Origin: a virus
Taxonomy: Duplodnaviria; Caudoviricetes
Length of the DNA: 64,000 nt
Virus record (IMG/VR): IMGVR_UViG_2671180612_000001
Location: 47,561-111,560 of that record
Reading direction: 5' to 3' (one strand)
Part shown: positions 1 through 9,173 of the stretch, one piece after another
Position numbering within the stretch: position 1 is the first letter of the stretch
How the letters are laid out: every line of letters begins with the position of its first letter
The notes under the pieces: generated by a model
Databases searched by the model: none
What the model saw: the letters and a program-made list of their open reading frames with translations, nothing else
Told to the model about the DNA's origin: nothing
Position numbers and translations under genes: made by a program

Positions 1-90
1 CTGGAACCGGGACAAGGTGCAGCGCTTGCTAGGCGCGTCCGAGGACGAATCTGGCTTGCCTGATAAGTAAGCGTTCGTTTAAGGAAGACC

Positions 91-342
91 ATGAACCGAT
101 ACACCAGATCCAGGGCGCAGTTCGGCGCAGCCGTCTTTCTGTCTGCCATGCGTCGCGAGTGGGTGAAGCTTCATCCGGATCGCGAATGTCCGGTGAAGGC
201 GCTCGACGCCTACGACGAGGACAGCCGGAATGCCCTGGTCTCGGCGTGCCTGTCGGTGATGAAGGCGTCAAAGCCCGAAAGCGATGTCGCCTACCTGGGC
301 TTCATGTCCGAGCGCGAGGAGATGGCCGATGGAGCCGCATAA
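91..342 (+). CDS. hypothetical protein
   Basis: ORF with AAGGAAG RBS after a degenerate AGTAA box. Confidence 0.7.
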   Translation: MNRYTRSRAQFGAAVFLSAMRREWVKLHPDRECPVKALDAYDEDSRNALVSACLSVMKASKPESDVAYLGFMSEREEMADGAA

Positions 343-715
343 GTTCGCCAAGTTCGATCCGGACAACCCGCTCTTCCAGGAGAAGGCGTCCGAGATCATG
401 GCGCAGGCCGTGGCCTCGATGGAATGGGACATGCACGCGGCTCTCATGGGTGTGCGGGCGGACACGATGGTCCGCGACTTCCTCGCGACCTCACGCCAGG
501 GGGCCGAGGAGGAGGGCATGACGGAAGCCGAGACCGTCGAGCACCTCAAGGCCCACGTCCACGAATGGACGGACGACGACATGATCGCCGCGAAGGAGAC
601 CTTCTACGGCGACAGCGAGATCGAAACGGAGATCCGTGAGCGAATTCGCGCGGAGCGGCGCCGGCGCGAGATCGTTCGCGAATGCTCCGAGAACGAGAAT
701 TTCGGCATGTTCTGA
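329..715 (+). CDS. hypothetical protein (ends ENENFGMF)
   Basis: ATG at 329 after GAGGAG; codon usage typical of the window. Confidence 0.7.
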   Translation: MEPHKFAKFDPDNPLFQEKASEIMAQAVASMEWDMHAALMGVRADTMVRDFLATSRQGAEEEGMTEAETVEHLKAHVHEWTDDDMIAAKETFYGDSEIETEIRERIRAERRRREIVRECSENENFGMF

Positions 716-773
716 CCGATTTCGCTTGCCTCACATAGTAAGTAAACGCTTACTCACATCGAAAGGAACCGCC

Positions 774-1022
774 ATGACGCCCGCCGACCTCATCCGTAAC
801 GTCCAGATTCTCGGCCTCATCGCCATGGATCAGGGCTTTCTCGAAATCCGGGAAGACCGCACGCACTGCCGCCTCATCGTGAAGGTGCTCGGCGCGCGCA
901 TCCCGATCGCCACCTACCAGAAGCAGAAGGATCTGAATGCCGTCAGCAACGACCAGCCCGCAGCCGAACCCGCGACCGCGACCGCCCCGAAGCACGAGCC
1001 CCCTCGTCTTAGAATCGTATGA
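774..1022 (+). CDS. hypothetical protein
   Basis: GAAAGGAA RBS, downstream of the box at 741-754. Confidence 0.65.
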   Translation: MTPADLIRNVQILGLIAMDQGFLEIREDRTHCRLIVKVLGARIPIATYQKQKDLNAVSNDQPAAEPATATAPKHEPPRLRIV

Positions 1023-1293
1023 CGCCGACACGACCTTCGCCCGCGTCTTCATCGACGAAACGGCGTTGGTGAAGGGCCTGTCCGGCTACCTCGACGAGGC
1101 GATCGAGGTCTTCAAGAAGAACGTCCGGCCCGGCGACCTGCCACCTGGCTTCGGCCTGACGATCAAGACGCAGGACAAGGCCCTCTACGAGCGCGTCTCG
1201 ATGGGCGTCTACGCCGAGATCTCCGAGCGGTTCATGCCGGTCGATCCGGACGAGCCCTGCGAGCTCCTCGAGGCGTTCTGCGCCACCCGCTAA
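937..1293 (+). CDS. hypothetical protein (start uncertain)
   Basis: Coding-like ORF followed by a hairpin. Confidence 0.55.
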   Translation: MPSATTSPQPNPRPRPPRSTSPLVLESYDADTTFARVFIDETALVKGLSGYLDEAIEVFKKNVRPGDLPPGFGLTIKTQDKALYERVSMGVYAEISERFMPVDPDEPCELLEAFCATR

Positions 1294-1297
1294 AACG

Positions 1298-1320
1298 AGA
1301 CGCCTACGGGCGTCTCCCTT
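1298..1320 (+). terminator. hairpin GAGACGCC-TACG-GGCGTCTC, putative terminator
   Basis: Perfect 8-bp stem directly after a stop codon. Confidence 0.45.
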
Positions 1321-1343
1321 CCTCACGACGAAGGAGAGCGTCC

Positions 1344-1670
1344 GTGAAGCCCTTCCAGCAGGAGATCAATCTCCAGCAGCCGACCCTGGCGCTGGTGCGC
1401 GATCTCGTCCACGCCTTTCGCCTGTCGGACACGCCCGATGTCTCGAGCCGCCTCGAGCGCCTCGATGCCGACCAGACCGAGGCCATCCTCTATTCCAACG
1501 TCGTCCTGACGATCGCACGGGCGAACCTGCCCGACACGCTGGTCGTCCACGCGCTGCGCACCATCGCCGGCTCGTGCAAGGAGCGCCTCGACGCGCTAAC
1601 GGCTGAATACGAGGAGAAGGTCGCCGGCGAGGTCTACTACGCGACCCTCCCGACCTACGCGATGTTCTAG
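1344..1670 (+). CDS. hypothetical protein (ends LPTYAMF)
   Basis: AAGGAGAG RBS, GTG start. Confidence 0.7.
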   Translation: MKPFQQEINLQQPTLALVRDLVHAFRLSDTPDVSSRLERLDADQTEAILYSNVVLTIARANLPDTLVVHALRTIAGSCKERLDALTAEYEEKVAGEVYYATLPTYAMF

Positions 1671-1692
1671 AAATCCGGATTTCGCGATTTCC

Positions 1693-2061
1693 ATGGCCCT
1701 TTCCCTTCGCATGTCCGGCGTCGTCGACGTCCTGATCGACCACGTCCTCGCCAACAACACGCAGCGCTTGGAGCTCGACGTGCGCCAGCTCGCGCCGCGC
1801 CAGCTCGCCAGCCTCAACGTCGAGGAGGAGGTCCGCGCCTACGTCGTGTCTGTGAACCGCTCGGAGCACCCGAACTCGGTGGCGTCATCCATTCTCCAGG
1901 TAGCGGCCAAGGAGCGGGATCGACGGGAGGCCAGCGAAGAACGCCGGCGCCGCAACCGCGAAGCCTTCGAGCGGGACAAGGCGATGCGCGCGGCCGAGGC
2001 CGCGATCGCAGCCAACGAGGTCACGACGGCGCAGTCGAACGAGACGTTCGGCATCTTCTAA
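1693..2061 (+). CDS. hypothetical protein (ends NETFGIF)
   Basis: ORF in co-oriented run. Confidence 0.65.
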   Translation: MALSLRMSGVVDVLIDHVLANNTQRLELDVRQLAPRQLASLNVEEEVRAYVVSVNRSEHPNSVASSILQVAAKERDRREASEERRRRNREAFERDKAMRAAEAAIAANEVTTAQSNETFGIF

Positions 2062-2139
2062 ACGCCGCGCTCTCCCGCGTGTAATCCACTGATATTACTG
2101 AGATATTTGATTATCGAAGCGACACAGAGAGACGACGAC

Positions 2140-2550
2140 ATGAACGTCACCCGACAGCAGCACACGATGATTTCCTCGCGCATCGAGAGCGCCCTTGCGG
2201 ATCTCGGCAAGGAGCTCGGCTTCCAGTTCACCGCGGCAGGTGGACAGTATGGTCTCGAAGCCTTCATCAAGATCGCCGCACGCCCGATCGACGCGAACGG
2301 CAAGGTCGCCGATCCGGAAGCCGACAACTTCGCGCTCTTCTGCGGCACCTACGGGCTCAAGCCGACCGATCGCGGGCGCACCTTCGCCTCGAACGGTATC
2401 CGCTACGAGGTCGTCGGCATCGCGCCGAGCCGCCCGAAGTTCCCGATCTCCTGCAAGCGCGTCCACGACGGCAAGGGGTTCAAGTTCCCCGCCGCGAACG
2501 TCCTGAACGGGCTCGCCCTCGAGCCGCCCGTCGTCGCGCGCGCCGCCTGA
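2140..2550 (+). CDS. hypothetical phage protein
   Basis: ATG at 2140 after an AT-rich promoter-like stretch. Confidence 0.7.
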   Translation: MNVTRQQHTMISSRIESALADLGKELGFQFTAAGGQYGLEAFIKIAARPIDANGKVADPEADNFALFCGTYGLKPTDRGRTFASNGIRYEVVGIAPSRPKFPISCKRVHDGKGFKFPAANVLNGLALEPPVVARAA

Positions 2551-2577
2551 TCCATTCCAGACACGAAGGAGCCGCCC

Positions 2578-3234
2578 ATGCGCGTCCACCTCGCTTCCAT
2601 CACCCATCGTCACGGCACCAGCCAGTATGCCGGCAGCTCGCGCGAGGAGCTGATTGAGAAGCTCGGCGTCTACTGCCGGGAGAACGACGAGAACAAGCTC
2701 CTCGACCACGCGGTCAGCGACGAGGAGATCGTGTCCCGCTACTTCTCGGAGGAGAACTACGGCTCCAACGAGTATGTGGACTTCGCCGACGACGAGGAGA
2801 TCACCGTCGACGTCTCGACCATGGTCCGCATGTTCGCCGCTCTCGGCAACCCCGGCATGGCGGAAGGTTCGGTGGATCTCCACGACGCGATCGCCAAGGC
2901 GACGCTGCTTTCCGAGCCGATGATCGACTACGAGGGCGCAGCCCGCGCGCAGGGATGGCAGCTTCTCGACATCGCGGGCGGCGGGCAGACGTTCCTGCGC
3001 GAGAGTCAGGTCGGCGGCGACACGCAGATGGACCGCTGCGCTCCCGACTGGTCGAGCCTATGCGGAAACCACGACATCGGCACCGATGATTTCGAGCAGC
3101 AGCCGACGGGCTTCTTCGCGATCTCGCAAGGGCTCGCCGACTGCCTGCCGCTGGAGGAGCGTGTCGTGCGCGACCTCGCCGGCATGATCATCTGGGCGCG
3201 CGCTGGGGAGACGGTTCGTGGTCTCGCGCGCTGA
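2578..3234 (+). CDS. hypothetical protein
   Basis: AAGGAG RBS. Confidence 0.7.
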   Translation: MRVHLASITHRHGTSQYAGSSREELIEKLGVYCRENDENKLLDHAVSDEEIVSRYFSEENYGSNEYVDFADDEEITVDVSTMVRMFAALGNPGMAEGSVDLHDAIAKATLLSEPMIDYEGAARAQGWQLLDIAGGGQTFLRESQVGGDTQMDRCAPDWSSLCGNHDIGTDDFEQQPTGFFAISQGLADCLPLEERVVRDLAGMIIWARAGETVRGLAR

Positions 3235-3526
3235 CCTGGCGCCCCACGAGATCCACGTCGTCCTGACCGGGCGTGTCTACCACGACGCCGAGGCGAAGAC
3301 GCTGAAGGATGGTCCGGTGGACACCTTCCACAGCGTCTACCTCGATCGGAAGATGGCGCTGAAAGCCTGCGTCATCCTCAAGCACGAGGACGAGATCAGC
3401 GGCGACAATTTCAGCCTCTACCGGGTCGCCGACGACGTGACCCAGACCGAGCTGCCCGAGCAAGACCCCGGCATGTGCCCGATGTCCGACGCGGAGCTCG
3501 AAGAAGCGATCCAGGAGCTCCTCTGA
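3218..3526 (+). CDS. hypothetical protein
   Basis: Overlapping, operon-like ORF. Confidence 0.6.
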   Translation: MVSRADLAPHEIHVVLTGRVYHDAEAKTLKDGPVDTFHSVYLDRKMALKACVILKHEDEISGDNFSLYRVADDVTQTELPEQDPGMCPMSDAELEEAIQELL

Positions 3527-3831
3527 TGGCCTTTCGTCTCAACCCACCCCGCATCCCGCTCGACAAGCTCGTCTGGGACGAGATCGGCGAAGACGACAAC
3601 CCGCGCTCCCGGCTGCTTGCCCATATCGAGATTGGCCCGGTCAGCCTGCACCTCGAGGCGTGGGAGGTCACGGAGCGCGACGACGGCAACGGCAGCGAGC
3701 AGGTGGCCGTCGAAGGCTCCGCGCGCACCGACGACCTCGACCGGCTCCAGACCATGATGGACTGCGCCTTCACCACCCTCGACATGAACGGGCGCTCCTA
3801 CGTGCTCGTCGCCACACCCTACGGAAGCTGA
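3526..3831 (+). CDS. hypothetical protein
   Basis: TGATG coupling, AGGAG RBS. Confidence 0.65.
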   Translation: MAFRLNPPRIPLDKLVWDEIGEDDNPRSRLLAHIEIGPVSLHLEAWEVTERDDGNGSEQVAVEGSARTDDLDRLQTMMDCAFTTLDMNGRSYVLVATPYGS

Positions 3832-3832
3832 C

Positions 3833-4222
3833 ATGCGCGTTATCGAACTCCAGGCGCTCCTGCATCACCACGTCCAGGTCGATGCGTATCCGCACCAGTC
3901 GCCGGCCTACAACTCGGCGATCGCCACGCTGATTAACAAGGGCTTCATCGAGCGCGGGCCGGAAGGCATCACGACGTCCAAGGCCGGCGCCGCGTTCGTC
4001 GAGCAGCTCAAGGCGGTCGGCGAGCCGCAGACGCCGGCGCAGGCCGCGCTGTTTCCCGCACCCGAGATCACCAAGGCGCAGCTCCGGAAGGCTGACCAGG
4101 ACGCGCGGTCGATGACGGTCGGCGAGGCCGTGATCGGGCTGTTCCGCATCATGGGCGGCACGCTCCTCGTCATCTTCGTCATCGTGGCCTTCATCTCATT
4201 TCTGCAATGGCTGCACCCATGA
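3833..4222 (+). CDS. hypothetical membrane protein (C-terminal TM helix)
   Basis: Hydrophobic GGTLLVIFVIVAFISFL segment. Confidence 0.65.
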   Translation: MRVIELQALLHHHVQVDAYPHQSPAYNSAIATLINKGFIERGPEGITTSKAGAAFVEQLKAVGEPQTPAQAALFPAPEITKAQLRKADQDARSMTVGEAVIGLFRIMGGTLLVIFVIVAFISFLQWLHP

Positions 4223-4518
4223 GAGAGAAGCCCGAAATCATCGTGGTCGGCGCCTGTTCGGTGCTGGGCCATCTGGAAGCCCTCCAAGCCCTCGTCGATC
4301 GAGGGACCGGCGTTGGCGTCATCGTCTGCGACCTGGAGATGACGCCTGACGAGGTCGCCGCGCGCTTCGGCCAGGAACACGAGCGCGTCAGCCATCCGCC
4401 GCTGCCTCCCGAGCCGGTTGAGATCGAGCTGAAGCCGCTTTACGATCCCGTTTTGTTCGATCGGCCGGCGCCGACCCATCCGACTTCACCGCGCGCATCA
4501 TGGAGGCGCAGACGATGA
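4219..4518 (+). CDS. hypothetical protein
   Basis: ATGA overlap with previous gene. Confidence 0.5.
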   Translation: MREKPEIIVVGACSVLGHLEALQALVDRGTGVGVIVCDLEMTPDEVAARFGQEHERVSHPPLPPEPVEIELKPLYDPVLFDRPAPTHPTSPRASWRRRR

Positions 4519-4823
4519 CCGACATCCTCATGTTCCGGCTTGGCGAACGCGACACGCAGCGCACGGCATCGGTCCACGACGAGATCCGCGAGAAGGGCAC
4601 GTCCTGGGCCGCTGACGAGATCGCGCGCCTTCGCCTGCTCGAGGGTCCGCCGTCCTATCGGGACGTCGAGAGCGACCCGCAGACGCTCCGCTCCTACGTC
4701 TTCTACAAGCTGCGCACGTCCATGGCGATGCAGCGGCTTGTGGACCTGCTGCGGGAGAAGAACCTGTCGGCCGACGAGATCGTCGACCACGTCATCCACT
4801 CGGCGGGAGCGCGCGGGCTGTGA
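4515..4823 (+). CDS. hypothetical protein
   Basis: GGAGG RBS, ATGA overlap. Confidence 0.6.
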   Translation: MTDILMFRLGERDTQRTASVHDEIREKGTSWAADEIARLRLLEGPPSYRDVESDPQTLRSYVFYKLRTSMAMQRLVDLLREKNLSADEIVDHVIHSAGARGL

Positions 4824-5017
4824 GCACGCCGCTCGCACGTCACCTCGACGCGATCCTCGAGATCGTCGCCAGCTCCGGCCAGGCCGAGCTATCGGACCAG
4901 CTCGCGGACTACCGGAGCCGCGGCGAACTCTACGACGACTTCCTGACCGACCTCGCCAACCTGATCAACGCCTCGAGCGCCGAGTGGGACGAGAGCATGA
5001 GAGGAGACCCGCATTGA
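4820..5017 (+). CDS. hypothetical protein
   Basis: GTGA overlap. Confidence 0.55.
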   Translation: MSTPLARHLDAILEIVASSGQAELSDQLADYRSRGELYDDFLTDLANLINASSAEWDESMRGDPH

Positions 5018-5217
5018 GCCTGAAAGCTCGCCTGCGCTACCGAGGGTCTGAAGAGTCGATCGAGGTCAATCTCCACCTTCTCCCGCGGAAGGGGGACATC
5101 GTGCGCTACGACGGCATGGATCCGAACTTCATCCACAGCGTCGCCTATTTTTGGCACACTTTCACGGCGTCCGGACAGGAGGTCGATATTTTCCTGCTTA
5201 AGACGCCGAGGACGTGA
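5014..5217 (+). CDS. hypothetical protein
   Basis: GAGGAG RBS, TTG start overlapping previous stop. Confidence 0.5.
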   Translation: MSLKARLRYRGSEESIEVNLHLLPRKGDIVRYDGMDPNFIHSVAYFWHTFTASGQEVDIFLLKTPRT

Positions 5218-5236
5218 GCATGAGGGGAGATCCGCG

Positions 5237-5587
5237 TTGACCCAGACGACTTCGAACGAGCTCCGCTACGCCCGCAAGCACGCCGTCCTCAAGGCGCTGC
5301 GCGAGCATGGGTTAGACACCGACGACGGCTCCAAGAACGACGACATCGCCAACGTCGTGGTCGATGCGCTCTTCCCGTCGGCCGGTCCCATCACGGGCGC
5401 CGAATACACGATCCAGGCCGGCGACACGCTGCGCGGGATCGCGGCACGCCTGCCGGCCGGCATCGACTGGACCTGGCTCTTCAAGCGCAACCGCGAGGTG
5501 CTCACGAAAGCCGCGAAGGAGCGCGGCTTCCGGGAGGCGGACTGGAACAAGATCTGGCCCGGCACGACGATCCGCGTCACTGCCTGA
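5237..5587 (+). CDS. LysM domain protein
   Basis: YTIQAGDTLRGIA...N...IWPGTTIRV fits the LysM pattern. Confidence 0.75.
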   Translation: MTQTTSNELRYARKHAVLKALREHGLDTDDGSKNDDIANVVVDALFPSAGPITGAEYTIQAGDTLRGIAARLPAGIDWTWLFKRNREVLTKAAKERGFREADWNKIWPGTTIRVTA

Positions 5588-5758
5588 CCAGGCGGATCGA
5601 GGCGCGCCGCTCCTGGCGCACCAGATAGGCTTCGGTCATCTTCATGGCGTCCTCGTAGAACTCCAGCTTGTCGACCGCCTCGCGCATGAGTGCGGCCGTC
5701 TCGGGCGAGGCATTGTGGGTGGCATCCTTCAGACGGTCGATCAGTTCCGGCCGGGCCA
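5577..5758 (-). CDS. small hypothetical protein (MARPELIDRL...)
   Basis: AAGGAGAG RBS on minus strand; coordinates approximate. Confidence 0.55.
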
Positions 5759-5770
5759 TTCTTCTCTCCT

Positions 5771-6040
5771 TCAGTATCGCCGGACCATGCCTGGTCTGGG
5801 CTTCCATTGCGCCAGTGCCTCGCGCGGGAGGATGTCGAGGATGGCGTAGCGAACGTATCGGGAGAGCTTGCCGCAGGTGGTGCAGCGCCACCGGAGATCC
5901 TCGATCTCGGCGCCGCCCTGGATGTAGCCCATGAAGTCGTAGCAGCGGTAGATCACCTCTTTTCCGCAGCCGCGACACACGATCCGGATGCCGAGGTTCT
6001 TCCGTAGCCCCTCGTCGAAGCTTCTGACCCTCTGCACCAC
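5771..6040 (-). CDS. Zn-ribbon protein (CxxC...CxxC), candidate SOS-induced factor
   Basis: CRGC and CTTC motifs; GGAGAG RBS before GTG; LexA-type box upstream. Confidence 0.6.
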   Translation of the reverse strand: MVQRVRSFDEGLRKNLGIRIVCRGCGKEVIYRCYDFMGYIQGGAEIEDLRWRCTTCGKLSRYVRYAILDILPREALAQWKPRPGMVRRY

Positions 6041-6068
6041 TGCGAATCTCTCCGTTCCGTTCGTAGGA

Positions 6069-6083
6069 GAACATACCCAGAAC
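6069..6083. promoter_or_regulatory. alphaproteobacterial LexA (SOS) box GAAC-N7-GAAC
   Basis: GAACATACCCAGAAC exact match; degenerate GAAG-N7-GAAC at 6097-6111. Confidence 0.6.
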
Positions 6084-6183
6084 AAAACGGTTGCGGGAAG
6101 ATCGCAGGAACAAATTCCTGTGGACGCACATCGACTCGCATCCCGACCAGGGGTCGTCTATATTCAGCATCAGGAGAGCAATC

Positions 6184-6567
6184 ATGAGCGCAGAAGAGAA
6201 GCCAAACCTCGGGAACCGTCGTCGTGGCCGCATCGGCAATGAGATCACGGGTCCGCGTGGCGCCGCCGCGGTGATCGGCACCAAGGACGGCCAGGTTTCG
6301 CCGCGCACCTACGTCGTTGAGACGCGCGACCTCAATGCCGGCCCGCGCATCGTGGTTGAAGGGACGTCCCGTCACCTAGCGATGGACCCGTATCCGCCCG
6401 AGAAGATGGACCCGCAGTCCTCCAAGCTGATGGCCGCTATCTTCGGCGAGAAGGAAGCGCAGACCACGCAGCGCGTGGCGCGCGCCGATGACGACCAGGT
6501 GCGCTCGGCCGCGAAGCGCCTCCTCAAGAAGCGCATGGGCCTCATGACGGCGCTCGCCCACCGCTGA
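6184..6567 (+). CDS. putative antitoxin of the Doc toxin
   Basis: Coupled upstream of doc; C-terminal helix AAKRLLKKRMGLMTALAHR resembles Doc-binding antitoxin tails. Confidence 0.55.
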   Translation: MSAEEKPNLGNRRRGRIGNEITGPRGAAAVIGTKDGQVSPRTYVVETRDLNAGPRIVVEGTSRHLAMDPYPPEKMDPQSSKLMAAIFGEKEAQTTQRVARADDDQVRSAAKRLLKKRMGLMTALAHR

Positions 6568-6992
6568 TGATCTTCCTCACTGTCGAACAGGTCATCGGGG
6601 CTCACGACATGATCCTCGAGGCGACCGGCATAGGTGTGCCCGGCGTCAAGGATGCCAACACGCTCGCATCGGGCGTCGACCGGGCCGAGACCCGCGCCTA
6701 TTACAACGAAAGCGCTGACGCGGCTTCCCTGGCCGCGGCAGTGTGCTTCGGCATTGCCAAGGCGCATGGATTCAACGACGCCAACAAGCGCACCGCGGCC
6801 TTCTGCTGCGAACTCTTCCTGAACCTCAATGGGCTGGATCTCGATCTCTCGGACAACCTGTTCGAGGACATGATCGTGAACCTCGCGGCCGGCGCGCTCA
6901 ACGAGGAGGGCTTCGCCAACATGATCCGCCCGCTGCTACGGCCGGCGAGCGACGACCTGGAAGAGGTCGAGGATCACGCGCCCGGCCCGTGA
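6567..6992 (+). CDS. doc: Doc/Fic family toxin
   Basis: HGFNDANKRTA matches the Doc motif HxFxD[AG]NKR. Confidence 0.88.
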   Translation: MIFLTVEQVIGAHDMILEATGIGVPGVKDANTLASGVDRAETRAYYNESADAASLAAAVCFGIAKAHGFNDANKRTAAFCCELFLNLNGLDLDLSDNLFEDMIVNLAAGALNEEGFANMIRPLLRPASDDLEEVEDHAPGP

Positions 6993-7313
6993 CCCCTCAT
7001 AGGGTCCGTCGAAGAGATCGCCGATCGCCGCGCGCTTGAACCAGTTGAACCAGCGCCGGCGAATGTGCTCGGGCGCGTCGTGCAGCATGTGGCAGCGCTG
7101 GCAGAACGCGCGCAGGTTCGCCGGATCGTTGTTCGTCGGGTCGTGGTCCACATGGGCGCAGGCCAAGCGCACCGTGTAGGTCTTGGAGATCTCGGTGCCG
7201 TGCGCGACACCACAACCCTCGCAGCAGCCGCCCGCGCGCTTGAACCGAATGGCCCAGGAGAGCTGCGGCCAGTCGACGGGGTAGAGGTCGCGGTCTTCAG
7301 GACGGATCGGCAT
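6936..7313 (-). CDS. HNH-like Zn-binding protein
   Basis: CEGC...AHVDHDPTNN...CQRCH pattern. Confidence 0.7.
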   Translation of the reverse strand: MPIRPEDRDLYPVDWPQLSWAIRFKRAGGCCEGCGVAHGTEISKTYTVRLACAHVDHDPTNNDPANLRAFCQRCHMLHDAPEHIRRRWFNWFKRAAIGDLFDGPYEGSRAGRVILDLFQVVARRP

Positions 7314-7753
7314 GTAAGAATCGTAGCGAGCGCGGGACTCGCCGTCGAGACCGCACGGTCAGCCAAGGCCGCTATGCCGTAGGACGATCTCGTAGATCAC
7401 ATCCATTGCTGCGAGCACTTTCGAGACCTCGATCACGATTGTCGCGAACTGGCGCCAGCGGTTCTTCTTGGGGGAGGGGTTCTCGGGCATCGACGGACTC
7501 CTTCATTGATGAAAAGGAGATCCGGTCCGGTCTGATGATGTGGGCCTATCGCGGAGGGCTTGTAAAGACCCTAAACTGCGGCTGGCACAGCCTGTGCTCC
7601 ACCCGCGTTAAAACGATGGGGAGTTCTCGGGATAACCTGTTGATCTTGCAGGCACGTTAAGCGACCCGCGCTTCCAAAGTTTCACCCGCGAGTTGGGAAA
7701 GCAGGTGTCGTCAAGGGCTCTTTTGACCCCGACTCGCTCAATGGTGTCGAGCT

Positions 7754-7780
7754 GAAAGCCCGGCACGAGGCCGGGCTTTC
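7754..7780 (-). terminator. intrinsic terminator of the SGNH operon
   Basis: GAAAGCCCGGC-acgag-GCCGGGCTTTC just past the stop at 7787. Confidence 0.65.
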
Positions 7781-7786
7781 CAAGTT

Positions 7787-9172
7787 TCAGGCGGCAATCA
7801 GCGCCATGTTGAGGACGTCGATCGTGCCGCCGATCGTCCTGCCGTTCAGCGCCCGCGCGCCGAGAATGATGCGGGGCGTTGCCGCCGTCAGCACGAAGGC
7901 CGGGGTCAGCATCAGGCCCGGCCCCACGCTCGCCGGCAGGTTGCCGGACGGGTTGTCGTTCGCCGAGCGGTCCGCCGCGTGGGCGTCGATGTAGCTCATA
8001 TCCGCGACGCCGCCCGAATAGACGGACGTATTCGGGTTGATGCTCGGGCTGATCGCCTCGACGTTCTGGACGCCCGACCAGCCGTCGAACTCCACTGCGA
8101 GGCGCACCCGGTCGCCCACCGAGCGGCCGGAGAGGTTCATCAGGAGGAGTGCGAACTCGGCGTTCGACATCATCGTCCCGCCAAGCACGATGCGCTGGAC
8201 CGGACGCCCGGTGTTCGGTCCCGTCACCTTCGAATAGGCGCGCGTGTGGCCTGTGTCCGCACCGTGGCCGCCGATCCATCCGGACGCGACCGTGCCGCTG
8301 CCTCCCGTGCCTGGCGTCCCGCCGCTCGAATCCAGCGCAGGGTTCGAACTTCGACTGCCGCTCGGATTGTAGACTGCATCGAAGCTGTCGGTGTTCGTCA
8401 TAGCGGTGAGGCCAGCCGAGATTGGGAAGCGAGCCTGGAACACCGGGAGAAGACGAAGAGCGCGCTGATACGCGCCAAGGCCCGTTGTGTGCAGAGGCGC
8501 GGCCGCGACACCGCCCGCCCGGCTTGTCACCATACCATCGAGAGCGCGCCCATCGCCGGAAGCAGGGTTCGCATAGCCCGGCTCCATATCGACCACGCAG
8601 ACGCCGGGCTTGCCTCGGTAGATCTCGCGCATAGCTCGACGGACGTGAAGACGGGCACGGTTCATGTTGGCGTTCGGAAAGACGCTGCCGCTGCTGTCAC
8701 CGCCAGCCGAGGGGGTCTCCAGGATCAGAAACCGTCCTGCGGCGCGGCAGAGCTGATAGGCAGTTTCGATCGCCCCAAGTTCCTCGGATACGACGTTCGG
8801 ATTGTTAGCGAGGAAGCCATTGATCGAGGACGGCATAACGATCGTATCGGCGTCGTCTTTTGCCAGAATGCCACGAAGGCGTGCAACGATCTCGGGCGTC
8901 TTCTGTCCGACGATGCCATAGTTGCCGGTGCCGTCGAAATCGAAGGACTGGTGCGTGAGGTAGCGCAACCAGTTGAGCTCCCCGACTACAAGATAGCGAT
9001 TGCCGCTCCCTCCCGCCGCACGGTTCCAAACGCCGCTCCCGGACGAGAACGTGTGCCGGAACATGAAGCTGTCTCCGACAACAATCACTCGTCGGTTGCG
9101 GGCGGCGTCCAGCGCGAGTGAAGAGACGCCGCTACCGGAATTGCCGCCGATGAAAAGACCAGTGCCGATCAT
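7787..9172 (-). CDS. SGNH/GDSL hydrolase domain protein, possibly virion-associated
   Basis: VVGDSF block I, GIVG block II, SING block III, PLH block V; beta-rich C-terminus. Confidence 0.7.
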   Translation of the reverse strand: MIGTGLFIGGNSGSGVSSLALDAARNRRVIVVGDSFMFRHTFSSGSGVWNRAAGGSGNRYLVVGELNWLRYLTHQSFDFDGTGNYGIVGQKTPEIVARLRGILAKDDADTIVMPSSINGFLANNPNVVSEELGAIETAYQLCRAAGRFLILETPSAGGDSSGSVFPNANMNRARLHVRRAMREIYRGKPGVCVVDMEPGYANPASGDGRALDGMVTSRAGGVAAAPLHTTGLGAYQRALRLLPVFQARFPISAGLTAMTNTDSFDAVYNPSGSRSSNPALDSSGGTPGTGGSGTVASGWIGGHGADTGHTRAYSKVTGPNTGRPVQRIVLGGTMMSNAEFALLLMNLSGRSVGDRVRLAVEFDGWSGVQNVEAISPSINPNTSVYSGGVADMSYIDAHAADRSANDNPSGNLPASVGPGLMLTPAFVLTAATPRIILGARALNGRTIGGTIDVLNMALIAA

Positions 9173-9173
9173 G

